Source: an uncultured Alphaproteobacteria bacterium
Lineage (GTDB): Bacteria; Pseudomonadota; Alphaproteobacteria; HIMB59; GCA-002718135
Reading direction: 5' to 3'
NCBI GenBank assembly: GCA_902577905.1
Contig: CACHAQ010000002.1
Span: 19,728 to 83,727, forward strand
DNA length: 64,000 nucleotides
The notes beneath the pieces were generated by a model. That model was not told where the DNA came from. It saw nothing but the letters and a program-made list of their open reading frames with translations, and did no database searches. Positions within the stretch are counted from its first letter, which is position 1, and each line of letters opens with the position of its first letter. The translations under genes and the position numbers were made by a program. Below are positions 38,848 through 48,005 of the stretch, piece by piece.

Positions 38848-40290
38848 CTACATATTATTAAATTCTTTAATCTTATTGTCTAGAGAAAGCATATATTCAT
38901 AATGTGAATTCCAAAATTTTTGATCTTTTCTTTTTTCAAATTCTTCAAGACTTACACCTTGTTGCTCTACCCAAGTAAAGTACCCTAAATTAAATATTCT
39001 TTTCTTATCCATGTAAGAAAGTTCTAGCATATTATCAGTAGATATTCCTGATAAGTGTTTTCCAAATAGTTCAGCACAAACTATTTCATCATAATTATTT
39101 TTAAAATCAGCAATGGTCTTGTTCAACTCTGACATGTATAAATCTGCACCATCTGTAGCGACCGTTATAATTGCGTCATCACTAGTTAAATCCATATATT
39201 TAGCTAGTTTTATTGATGCCAATATATTTGCTATTGCTGAAAAGCCAAATTCAGGAAGTCGTGAAACAAAATCAGGTTCAAAATTTTTTTTCTCAATTAA
39301 AAACTTTTTTCCTATTTCAGTATTAAAAATCATATTTAGATTATTGGTAGCTTCATCAGAAACATCTACGACAAAATCGGTATTCATTACATTATGAATA
39401 AGTGGAACATGTTTGTCACCAATTCCTTGTATATTATGTTCACCATAACCTCCATGAAGCAAAGTTGGGCACTCCAAAGCTTCAACAACTGCAATCTTCG
39501 TCTGTAATTTATCTTTAAGATAATCTCCTGCTGCTAGAGTACCACTTGATCCTGAAGCACTTACGTAAAACCTAGGAGTTAAATTACTGTTACCTTTAAC
39601 TTTAAGAAATGATTTTTCAAAAGATGGACCCGTTATAGAACGATGAATACTGTAATTATAATACTCATCAAATTGATTTATGATATCATTTTGATTATCT
39701 TTTTTTAATTCATTACAAGCATCGTAAATTTCTTTAACATTACTTTCTGTGCCTTTTGTCTTTATGATATTTTTTTTATCTTTAACCCAATCATTCAACC
39801 ATTCAAATCTCTCATTACTCATTCCTTCAGGAAGTATTGCAATACTATTAAGGCCCATTATCCGAGATATTGCTACTCCGCCCCTACAATAATTTCCTGT
39901 AGAAGGCCAAACTGCTTTATGTTTTTCATAATCAAAAGTGCCATTTAATATTCTTGGAAGCAAACAACCATAAGCTGCTAAAACTTTATGAGCTGTTATT
40001 AAGGGAAAATATCGTCCCATATTTACAATTATCTTTGCCTTAACACCTGTGAATTCTGTTGGTAGCACAATATATTCAGGTTCATTTCCAAAACCTGATT
40101 GATCTCTTTTATTAAACCAATGAACTCTAAAGAGGTTAAGAGGATTGATATCATTATTATTTATTTTTTTTAGAGAATTTTTAATATCATCATTAATAAT
40201 TTGAGGGTCTTGAAGTTCACTTATACTTGGTAAAACAACTCCTTTTGATTTGAAGTAATCAGACGTTTTTTTTATTATTGCTTGACTCAT
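38848..40290 (-). CDS. Fold-type-II (Trp-synthase-beta-like) PLP-dependent enzyme with a ~90-aa N-terminal extension
   Basis: 480 aa with a candidate PLP-Lys segment ITAHKVLAAY and a STGNYCRGGV block. It is much longer than cysteine synthase or threonine dehydratase paralogues. Confidence 0.6.
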   Translation of the reverse strand: MSQAIIKKTSDYFKSKGVVLPSISELQDPQIINDDIKNSLKKINNNDINPLNLFRVHWFNKRDQSGFGNEPEYIVLPTEFTGVKAKIIVNMGRYFPLITAHKVLAAYGCLLPRILNGTFDYEKHKAVWPSTGNYCRGGVAISRIMGLNSIAILPEGMSNERFEWLNDWVKDKKNIIKTKGTESNVKEIYDACNELKKDNQNDIINQFDEYYNYSIHRSITGPSFEKSFLKVKGNSNLTPRFYVSASGSSGTLAAGDYLKDKLQTKIAVVEALECPTLLHGGYGEHNIQGIGDKHVPLIHNVMNTDFVVDVSDEATNNLNMIFNTEIGKKFLIEKKNFEPDFVSRLPEFGFSAIANILASIKLAKYMDLTSDDAIITVATDGADLYMSELNKTIADFKNNYDEIVCAELFGKHLSGISTDNMLELSYMDKKRIFNLGYFTWVEQQGVSLEEFEKRKDQKFWNSHYEYMLSLDNKIKEFNNM

Positions 40291-40293
40291 AAA

Positions 40294-41268
40294 TTAAATA
40301 TTGATGCCTAAATTATTTGTTTTACAAAGATTATAAGCAAATCTTGCTATTGCAGTATCTTGTACGCCAGTTCCTGTCAAATCACATATTGTTATATCTT
40401 CTTTATTTTTTCTTCCTAAGCTTGGATCGTTAATAATATCGCCAAGTTCATTAAATTTTTCTTTAGAAGAAATTATATTTTGTTTTAAAGCATGATGTAA
40501 TTCACCCAAAACACTTGTTTGTAATTGAATGTCAGGTACATATTGATCGCAATGTTTTAACATCTTAGGATCTAATTCGTTTTTTTGTTCTGCATCTGAC
40601 CCCATTGCTGTTATGTGAGTTCCTTTAATTATCCAATCAAATTCCAAAAGCGGTTTTTTACTAGGAGTCGTTGTAACGATTATTTCTGATAAGCTTGCCA
40701 ACTCCTTGCAAGAAGAAGCTACATGCAAATCTAAATCTAAATCTTTAAAACCTTCGATAAATTGGTTTGCTTTTGTCTCATTTCTTGTCCAGACTATTAT
40801 TTTTTTTATTTTTCTAACTAACATTATTGCTTGAAGTTGTAATTTGGCTTGAATTCCAGCTCCAATAATACCAACAGAATTAGCATTTTGATTTGATAAA
40901 TATTTTGTAGCTATTGCACCTGCTATAGCTGTTCTAGTATCTGTAAGATAACCTTCATCCAACAGAACAGATTTTACAACACCAGTCTTTGAATCTAATA
41001 AAACCATCAGTCCATTACTAGATGGCAGACCAAGTTTTGGATTATCGAAAAAACCTGAAGCGATTTTTATTGCAAAACTATCAAGACCCTCAACGTATGC
41101 AGCTTTAACATCAGATTCACCATGATATTTTTCAATATCAATTCTCATTATAGGTGGCATCATTACCAATCCTTTTGATAAACTTGTAAAAGCCTCCTCT
41201 ATTATTGGTATGAGATTTTTATTCAAATCTACATGTTGAATAATATCATTTTTATTAAGGATGAGCAT
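40294..41268 (-). CDS. Ornithine cyclodeaminase/mu-crystallin family protein (EutC-like)
   Basis: 324 aa with NAD fold GIIGAGIQA. It overlaps the upstream gene by 14 nt. Confidence 0.8.
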   Translation of the reverse strand: MLILNKNDIIQHVDLNKNLIPIIEEAFTSLSKGLVMMPPIMRIDIEKYHGESDVKAAYVEGLDSFAIKIASGFFDNPKLGLPSSNGLMVLLDSKTGVVKSVLLDEGYLTDTRTAIAGAIATKYLSNQNANSVGIIGAGIQAKLQLQAIMLVRKIKKIIVWTRNETKANQFIEGFKDLDLDLHVASSCKELASLSEIIVTTTPSKKPLLEFDWIIKGTHITAMGSDAEQKNELDPKMLKHCDQYVPDIQLQTSVLGELHHALKQNIISSKEKFNELGDIINDPSLGRKNKEDITICDLTGTGVQDTAIARFAYNLCKTNNLGINI

Positions 41269-42217
41269 GGCTTAAAACTTTGTTAAACAATTCCGAGTCA
41301 ATATTTCCACCACAAATTAAACAGATTATATTTTTTCCTAAGTGCGATGTTAGTTTTTCTTTAACAACCATTACACTTGTTGCTGCAGCACCTTCAGATA
41401 CAATTTTGTGTTCTAAAAAATTTATTCTAATTCCTTCAGCTATTTTTTCTTCACTTACTAAAACAAAGTCATCAACGTATTGTTGTACAATATTAAATGT
41501 AAATTTATTATCTAAGCCAATACTACCACCTAGACAATCAGCTAAAGTTTCAGTTTCCTCTACATCAACAGGTCTGCCTTTTTTTAGACTTTCAAACATT
41601 GAAGGACCTCTTTCCATAGATACAGCAATAATTTTTGTGTCAGGTTTTTGAAGTTTAATAGCTTGTGCTATTCCAGATATAAGACCGCCACCAGATGTTG
41701 GTATAATTACAGTATCAACTTCAGGAAATTCAGTAAGCATTTCAAGCCCAACTGTACCTTGGCCTATAATAATGTCTTCATCATCAAAGGGGTGAATTAA
41801 TGGGATATTTTTTTCTTTCGCAATTTGTTTAGCATGTAAATCAGCTTCATCACTATTCTTTCCAATAATTTCTACTTTTGCTCCTAATTTTTCAATAGCC
41901 TCTTTTCTATATTCTGGAACCATTGAAGACATGTATATTGTTGATTGAATGCCCAATACCTTTGATGCATAAGCAACGCCTTTGCCATGATTGCCTGTAG
42001 AAACTGCGATGACTCCTTTGTTCTTGTCATCTTCACTTAAAGAAAGTAGCTTATTAACAGCGCCTCTTAACTTAAATGAACCAGTGATTTGAAAATTTTC
42101 TAACTTTAGTTTTACTGTATTACTTTTTGATAAGAAATTAGAATTAATTAATGGTGTATAATTAACATAAGGTAAAATTTTCTTATGTGCTTCTTGTATT
42201 TGTTGAAGTGTAATCAA
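41255..42217 (-). CDS. Threonine/serine dehydratase-like PLP enzyme (EutB-like)
   Basis: 320 aa with PLP-Lys motif GSFKLRGA and STGNHGKG. Confidence 0.8.
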   Translation of the reverse strand: MITLQQIQEAHKKILPYVNYTPLINSNFLSKSNTVKLKLENFQITGSFKLRGAVNKLLSLSEDDKNKGVIAVSTGNHGKGVAYASKVLGIQSTIYMSSMVPEYRKEAIEKLGAKVEIIGKNSDEADLHAKQIAKEKNIPLIHPFDDEDIIIGQGTVGLEMLTEFPEVDTVIIPTSGGGLISGIAQAIKLQKPDTKIIAVSMERGPSMFESLKKGRPVDVEETETLADCLGGSIGLDNKFTFNIVQQYVDDFVLVSEEKIAEGIRINFLEHKIVSEGAAATSVMVVKEKLTSHLGKNIICLICGGNIDSELFNKVLSHAHP

Positions 42218-42229
42218 TTTAATCCCTAT

Positions 42230-42985
42230 TTAATGTAATTTAAATAGGTTACCATAACCATCAATTTTTTGATTAATATTAGATAATCTTAATGAATCCC
42301 AAATAATAGCTTGATTACTTGAAATGATATCTATGCTTAATTTTGACTCTAATTCTTCGATAATATCAATTACTTTTAATGCAGTACAAGAAACAAAAAT
42401 ACTATCAACATCTGTTAAATCAATTGAGGAAATTGTTCGCATTAAACTATCATGAGTAACTTTGGCAATTTCGGAGTCATAATTTAAATTAAACGAACTA
42501 AATGATTTAATTTCAAATCCACTATCAATTAAATATTCATAAACTTTAACATTAACGTCTTTTGGATAAGGGGTAAGAACAGCAATTTTTTTATGATTTA
42601 ATAATTTAAGTGCTTTTACCGCTGCTGTAATAGGTGTCGTAATTAAAGCATCAGGTTTAGCTTTAAAAATTTCAGATCTTATTTTTTTTTCACCAATTTC
42701 AATAGTACCCGAAGTACATCCATACGCTACAACTTGTATTTTTTCATTAGGTAATATTTGGTTTGCTGTTTCTGAAAGATTATCAGCCATCCTCATATAA
42801 TTTTCATGAGTTAGAGGATTTAAAAAAGGTATCCTATTAAAAAATAGATCAACTGGTAAATTATGACAAATTTTTCTAAAATCCTGCTCTATTGTAAAAT
42901 CAGTTGATAATGTGATTATACCAATTCTAGAAAAGTTTGTATTATGTAAATTGGCTTTAACATTATTTTGATTAAAACTATCCAT
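42230..42985 (-). CDS. Asp/Glu/hydantoin racemase superfamily protein (maleate-isomerase/EutA-like)
   Basis: 251 aa with two conserved Cys blocks, YGCTSGT and FVSCTAL. Confidence 0.75.
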   Translation of the reverse strand: MDSFNQNNVKANLHNTNFSRIGIITLSTDFTIEQDFRKICHNLPVDLFFNRIPFLNPLTHENYMRMADNLSETANQILPNEKIQVVAYGCTSGTIEIGEKKIRSEIFKAKPDALITTPITAAVKALKLLNHKKIAVLTPYPKDVNVKVYEYLIDSGFEIKSFSSFNLNYDSEIAKVTHDSLMRTISSIDLTDVDSIFVSCTALKVIDIIEELESKLSIDIISSNQAIIWDSLRLSNINQKIDGYGNLFKLH

Positions 42986-44088
42986 TACTGATTTGGAAAA
43001 TAATCCTCACACTCACCTTCTCTATGAACATCAGTAGTGGCACAATGTAAACTACCACCAAACGCATAAACGTCTCTAAAAGGAACTGGAATAACTTCCA
43101 ATCCAAAACTTTCCATTTGTTTAATCATTTTTTCTTCCGTTGCCTCGACGCATATAGTTTTAGGATCAATTATCAAAACGTTCATAGATAACCAGATTGA
43201 TGAATAACACATAGGTGGTGGACTATTATGAATGGAGGGTGCTGCCTCATGAATTTCCCATTTATTATCATCAAAAATTTTTCTTTGCTCTGATGATATT
43301 TTTCTATTCGGATTAATGATTATTACTCCTGGTTTAATAGGAGTAAAACATGCATCAATGTGAGTTGGAATTAAATCACCTGGTAAATTGATTTGATGAA
43401 CGCGATGATTTGGATAATGTCTTCTTAACCAATCTAAACCGCTTAAATTTGATGTGAAATTATTATGATAAAAAAGATCTTTTCCAAAGCGTAAAATTTC
43501 TGCTGCATCAAAAAGTGGTTCTTTTTCTGTCAATATCATGTCTCTATTTTCGATTTTTTTGTATCGTTCTTCTTCCGTTAAGCCTTCAGGAAGATAATTG
43601 GACTTATAAGATTGATTTGTTAATCTTGGTTTAGGTGCCGACTCCCATCTCATATTTTTATCTTCTGAATAATATTTTTCAAGTAGTGGTCTATAAGCAA
43701 GGTACTCAAACCATCTACATCTGTAAGACATGGGCGCCTCTAGCATTTCATTTCCTACAGTAAGAATAACATCTCTGGGAGGCATACAACCAAACATACC
43801 ATCATTAGACCAATCGGGTGTCTCAATACTCTGAGAAAAGTCAATAGGTGTTGGTCTATCAACTTTTATATTTAAGGAATTTAAAATTTTAACAAAGTTT
43901 TCTAATTGTATGTTTGCTTTATCAATTGACTCTTTTGAACGTGGTCCGTGAGATCCTGCCATACCACTATCTTTACTAATTTTTGGTTCAAGTGCTGGTT
44001 CCATAGGAGGTATGTTGGCATTTTCAACTGCTCCAACTATAACATGCTTTAATGGATCCCATTCATTCCAAGAATTAACTATTGTCAT
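42985..44088 (-). CDS. Amidinotransferase (AGAT/StrB1-like, guanidino-group-modifying enzyme superfamily)
   Basis: 367 aa. The N-terminus NSWNEWDPLKHVIVG matches the AGAT SYNEWDPLEEVIVG block. The C-terminal catalytic Cys block is GGSLHCATTDVHR (AGAT: GGGFHCWTCDVRR). Confidence 0.75.
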   Translation of the reverse strand: MTIVNSWNEWDPLKHVIVGAVENANIPPMEPALEPKISKDSGMAGSHGPRSKESIDKANIQLENFVKILNSLNIKVDRPTPIDFSQSIETPDWSNDGMFGCMPPRDVILTVGNEMLEAPMSYRCRWFEYLAYRPLLEKYYSEDKNMRWESAPKPRLTNQSYKSNYLPEGLTEEERYKKIENRDMILTEKEPLFDAAEILRFGKDLFYHNNFTSNLSGLDWLRRHYPNHRVHQINLPGDLIPTHIDACFTPIKPGVIIINPNRKISSEQRKIFDDNKWEIHEAAPSIHNSPPPMCYSSIWLSMNVLIIDPKTICVEATEEKMIKQMESFGLEVIPVPFRDVYAFGGSLHCATTDVHREGECEDYFPNQ

Positions 44089-44131
44089 TATATTTTCCTT
44101 AATTTAAAACTATGCATTATAATTAAAACTT

Positions 44132-45583
44132 ATGGAATTAAATAACAAATCACTCTTTAAACAAAAATGTTTTATAAATGGGGAATGGGTTGGCAGTTCT
44201 TCAGGTGAAACTCTTGAGGTAAATAATCCAGCATCTCTTGAAATTATTGGCAACGTCCCAAAATGCTCAGTTTCAGAAACCAAAAAAGCTGTAGATGATG
44301 CAAATACTGCTTTCCAAAGTTGGAAAGAAACTACTGCTAAAGAAAGATCAATTATTCTTAAAAAATGGGGTGAACTCATCACAGAAAATGCAGATGATTT
44401 AGCTAAAATAATGACTATTGAGCAAGGTAAACCTCTGGCTGAAGCAAAGGGCGAAATTCTAATGGGTGCTTCATATATTGAGTTCTATGCTGAAGAAGCA
44501 AAAAGAGTGTATGGTGATATAGTTCCTGATCCAAGACCTGGAAAAAGAATTGTAATAATTAAACAACCTGTTGGTGTTGTTGGAGCAATAACTCCATGGA
44601 ATTTTCCAAATTCAATGATAACAAGAAAATGTGCAGCCGCTTTAGCAGTTGGTTGTACTACTGTTGTTAAACCAGCAAGCCAAACACCCTATTCAGCATT
44701 AGCTGTAGCAGTGCTCGCTAAAGAAGCTGGTTTTCCAGATGGTGTATTTAATGTAATAACTGGATCGGCAAGTGAAATTGGTAAAGAACTAACAAGTAAC
44801 CCTATTGTTAGAAAAATTTCTTTTACTGGATCTACGGAGGTTGGAAAAATACTTTTAGAGCAAAGTGCCTCAACAGTAAAAAAAGTTTCTATGGAACTTG
44901 GTGGTCACGCACCATTTATAGTTTTTGATGATGCAGATATGGATGAAGCTGTTGCAGGCGCACTGCAAAGTAAATTTAGAAATAGTGGCCAAACATGTAT
45001 TTGTTCAAATAGAATATTTGTGCATGAAAATATTTATGATGAATTCCTGGAAAAATTTACAAATGAAGTCAATAAAATCACAGTAGGCAATGGACTTGAA
45101 GATGGAATTACATCTGGTCCTTTAATTGATCAATCCTCTCTAGAAAAAGTAATTGATCATGTACAAGACGCAGTTAATACAGGAGCTAAGATAGCGATTG
45201 GTGGAGATGTGCATTCGCTTGGTGGGAATTTCTATCAACCAACTGTTCTCTCTAATGTATCTACAAAAGCAAAAATAACTTTTGAAGAAACATTTGGACC
45301 TGTTGCTCCTCTGTATAAATTTTCCAGTGATGATGAAGTGATTAAAATGGCTAATGATACTCCTTATGGATTAGCTTCATATTTCTATTCAAGAGACATA
45401 GGAAGAATTTGGAGAGTTGCCGAAGCACTTGAATATGGAATTGTATCTATTAACAATGGACTACCTACAATTGCAGAAGTTCCTTTTGGAGGTGTAAAAG
45501 AATCAGGAATGGGGAGAGAAGGTTCTCGATATGGCCTTGATGACTATTTAACTATAAAATATATTTCAATGGGTGGCATTTAA
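44132..45583 (+). CDS. gabD: Succinate-semialdehyde dehydrogenase
   Basis: 483 aa, collinear with E. coli GabD as I recall it (INGEW, EQGKPLAEAKGE, ITPWNFP, LELGG, GQTCIC, EETFGP, LEYGIV). Confidence 0.88.
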   Translation: MELNNKSLFKQKCFINGEWVGSSSGETLEVNNPASLEIIGNVPKCSVSETKKAVDDANTAFQSWKETTAKERSIILKKWGELITENADDLAKIMTIEQGKPLAEAKGEILMGASYIEFYAEEAKRVYGDIVPDPRPGKRIVIIKQPVGVVGAITPWNFPNSMITRKCAAALAVGCTTVVKPASQTPYSALAVAVLAKEAGFPDGVFNVITGSASEIGKELTSNPIVRKISFTGSTEVGKILLEQSASTVKKVSMELGGHAPFIVFDDADMDEAVAGALQSKFRNSGQTCICSNRIFVHENIYDEFLEKFTNEVNKITVGNGLEDGITSGPLIDQSSLEKVIDHVQDAVNTGAKIAIGGDVHSLGGNFYQPTVLSNVSTKAKITFEETFGPVAPLYKFSSDDEVIKMANDTPYGLASYFYSRDIGRIWRVAEALEYGIVSINNGLPTIAEVPFGGVKESGMGREGSRYGLDDYLTIKYISMGGI

Positions 45584-46470
45584 GAAAGCCAAGCAGCTCC
45601 TCTTACACCACTTGAATCCCCATAAACATTTTTAACAACTTTAGTTTCTAGCGTATCAGTAAAAACATATTTTTTTAGAGTATCATTTATATTTTCATAA
45701 ATAAAATCTATATTTGACATTCCACCACCTAAAACTATTACATCTGGATCTAGGATATTGCATACAACAGATAAGCCTCTAGCTAAATGATCAATGTATT
45801 GATTTAGTGCAAAAATACTATTTTCTTCATTACTAATAAAACCCTCTAATATTTGATGTGAATTATAATTTTTATTATAACGCAAGTTATAAGCAGATGA
45901 AAATCCTGGACCAGATATGTAAGTTTCTAAACAACCATTTTTCCCACAATAACATTTTTTTACATATTTTTTTTCTTCTTCAGTTCTACCTGGCAGTAAT
46001 ATATGACCCCATTCCCCACTTATACTATTTCGCCCTCTTATAACTTTTTGATTGATGCTAATACCACCACCAACACCTGTTCCAATGATTACTCCAAAAA
46101 CAACTTGATAACCTTTACCTGCTCCATCTACCGCTTCAGACAGTGTGAAACAATTAGCATCATTTTCTAAATTAATATTTCTATTAAGAATTTTATCCAA
46201 ATCTTGCTTAAATGGTTTACCATTTAACCATATAGAATTAGCATTTTTAATTAAAGCTGTATCATTTGATATGGCTCCTGGCATTCCCATGCCAACAGAC
46301 TCTGCTTTGCCATGCTTATCTTCAAAATGATTTATAATGGAGAGTATTCCATTAATTGTTCCATCATAAGTTTTTTCAGTATTAATTCTTTTTCTATCTA
46401 TCTCTGTTCCATTTGGATCTAGAAGAATACCCTCAGTTTTGGTACCGCCTACATCAATACCTATTTTCAT
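45580..46470 (-). CDS. ROK-family sugar kinase (N-acetylglucosamine kinase-like; no HTH domain)
   Basis: 296 aa starting MKIGIDVGGTK, with ROK Zn motif CYCGKNGCLETYISG. Confidence 0.75.
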   Translation of the reverse strand: MKIGIDVGGTKTEGILLDPNGTEIDRKRINTEKTYDGTINGILSIINHFEDKHGKAESVGMGMPGAISNDTALIKNANSIWLNGKPFKQDLDKILNRNINLENDANCFTLSEAVDGAGKGYQVVFGVIIGTGVGGGISINQKVIRGRNSISGEWGHILLPGRTEEEKKYVKKCYCGKNGCLETYISGPGFSSAYNLRYNKNYNSHQILEGFISNEENSIFALNQYIDHLARGLSVVCNILDPDVIVLGGGMSNIDFIYENINDTLKKYVFTDTLETKVVKNVYGDSSGVRGAAWLS

Positions 46471-46476
46471 TAATTA

Positions 46477-47043
46477 TTATTTTGTAATAATTTTGTGTAA
46501 AGTTGGTATCAAAGCAACTGCTAATGCAATTTTAAATAATTCACTTGGAATAAATGGTAAAAAACCAGCGGCTACTGCTTTTTCGAAACCAATAATATAA
46601 CCAAGATAGATGATACCAAATGTAAATATAATAGCAGAACCAATTAATAGAGATACTGTAGCTTTAAAATATGTTTTACTAAAACCTAAATTTGCTAAAT
46701 AACTTATAACGATAGATGCAAATAACATACCGTAAAGGTATCCTGCCGTTGGTCCAACTAAATAAGCAACTCCACCACCGGCTGCAAAAACAGGAAGTCC
46801 TATAGCTCCTTGAAAAAGGTAAAATGCAACTGTGGCAAAAGATAATCTTACACTGTATGTCATTCCTATTAAGAATATGACAAACGTCTGCATTGTCATT
46901 GGTACTGGCCAAAATGGTACTTGAACTTTAGCCGAAATCGCTAGTAAAATTGAGCCAAATAACATCAATGTTATTATAAGAAAATTTGAATTTATATTTT
47001 CAAAATTTTTTAGTTTGTGTATTAAAATTCTATTTTCGTGCAT
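46477..47043 (-). CDS. bioY: Biotin transporter BioY
   Basis: 188 aa with 5-6 TM helices and the BioY-type block VQVPFWPVPMTMQTFVIFLIG. No bioMN genes are nearby. Confidence 0.8.
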   Translation of the reverse strand: MHENRILIHKLKNFENINSNFLIITLMLFGSILLAISAKVQVPFWPVPMTMQTFVIFLIGMTYSVRLSFATVAFYLFQGAIGLPVFAAGGGVAYLVGPTAGYLYGMLFASIVISYLANLGFSKTYFKATVSLLIGSAIIFTFGIIYLGYIIGFEKAVAAGFLPFIPSELFKIALAVALIPTLHKIITK

Positions 47044-47066
47044 ATGTTTTCCTTTAAATAGTATAA

Positions 47067-48005
47067 TTAAACTAATTTATATTTCGCTTCAAGCTTATCC
47101 CAAAAATCTTTCTCTAATTTTACATTGTTTAATGCATTAATTTGCTTTAATCCTGTAGGTGAAGTTACGTTTATTTCTGTTAGATAATTTCCAATTATAT
47201 CAATTCCAACAAAAAACAGATTGTGCTCTTTTAATTTCGGTCCCAAGTTTTCGATAATTTCTTGATCTCTATAAACTAGGTCAGTTTTACTTGCCTTACC
47301 GCCAGCATGAAAATTTGCCTTTAAATTACCTTCTTGGGGTATTCTTGATACTGAACCAAAATATTCACCATCAAAAAAAATAATTCTCCTGTCACCATAC
47401 TCTATCTCATTGAGAAATTTTTGCACCATTATAGGCAAGTGTAAATATTCCTCTAATATTTTAGAATTGAAATTACTTTTATCAAATCTATGTATCCCCT
47501 CTCCTCCATTGCCATAAAGTGGTTTAGTTACAATATCTTCCTCTTTATCTAAAAATTCTTCAATAATGTTTAAATCTTTTGTTACCAAAGTAGGTGGCAT
47601 AAATTCTTTAAAATTAAATGTAAATAATTTTTCAGTAGAATTTCTAACTGCTGTTGGATCATTCACAACAATTGTTGAAGATGGAAGTAAGTCCAAAATA
47701 TAAGTTGATGTGATATAATTCATATCAAAAGGAGGGTCCTGTCTTAAAAAGACAAATTGAAAATCTTGTAATTTGGCAATTATTTTGTGAGTTTTAAAAT
47801 TAAAATAATTTTTTTCATCTAACAATAACTCTAAATAATATCCAGATGCTTGAATAGTATTTTCTTTTATGAATAAATCTTTTGGATTGTAATAAAAAAT
47901 ATCATAACCTCTTTCTTGCGCCTCATAACCTATCAAAAAAGATGTATCGAATTCATAATCAATTTTTTCAATATTATCCATTTGAATTGCTATACTTTTT
48001 TTCAT
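47067..48005 (-). CDS. gshB: Glutathione synthetase (ATP-grasp)
   Basis: 312 aa with RQDPPFDMNYITSTYILD (E. coli GshB: KDPPFDTEFIYATYILE). It has a TAATG overlap with gshA. Confidence 0.88.
   Translation of the reverse strand: MKKSIAIQMDNIEKIDYEFDTSFLIGYEAQERGYDIFYYNPKDLFIKENTIQASGYYLELLLDEKNYFNFKTHKIIAKLQDFQFVFLRQDPPFDMNYITSTYILDLLPSSTIVVNDPTAVRNSTEKLFTFNFKEFMPPTLVTKDLNIIEEFLDKEEDIVTKPLYGNGGEGIHRFDKSNFNSKILEEYLHLPIMVQKFLNEIEYGDRRIIFFDGEYFGSVSRIPQEGNLKANFHAGGKASKTDLVYRDQEIIENLGPKLKEHNLFFVGIDIIGNYLTEINVTSPTGLKQINALNNVKLEKDFWDKLEAKYKLV

Noticed and set aside
44110-44382. A 90-aa minus-strand ORF spanning the amidinotransferase/gabD divergent spacer.
   Set aside because: It is antisense to the highly conserved GabD N-terminus and would eliminate the promoter spacer. 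It has no motif.
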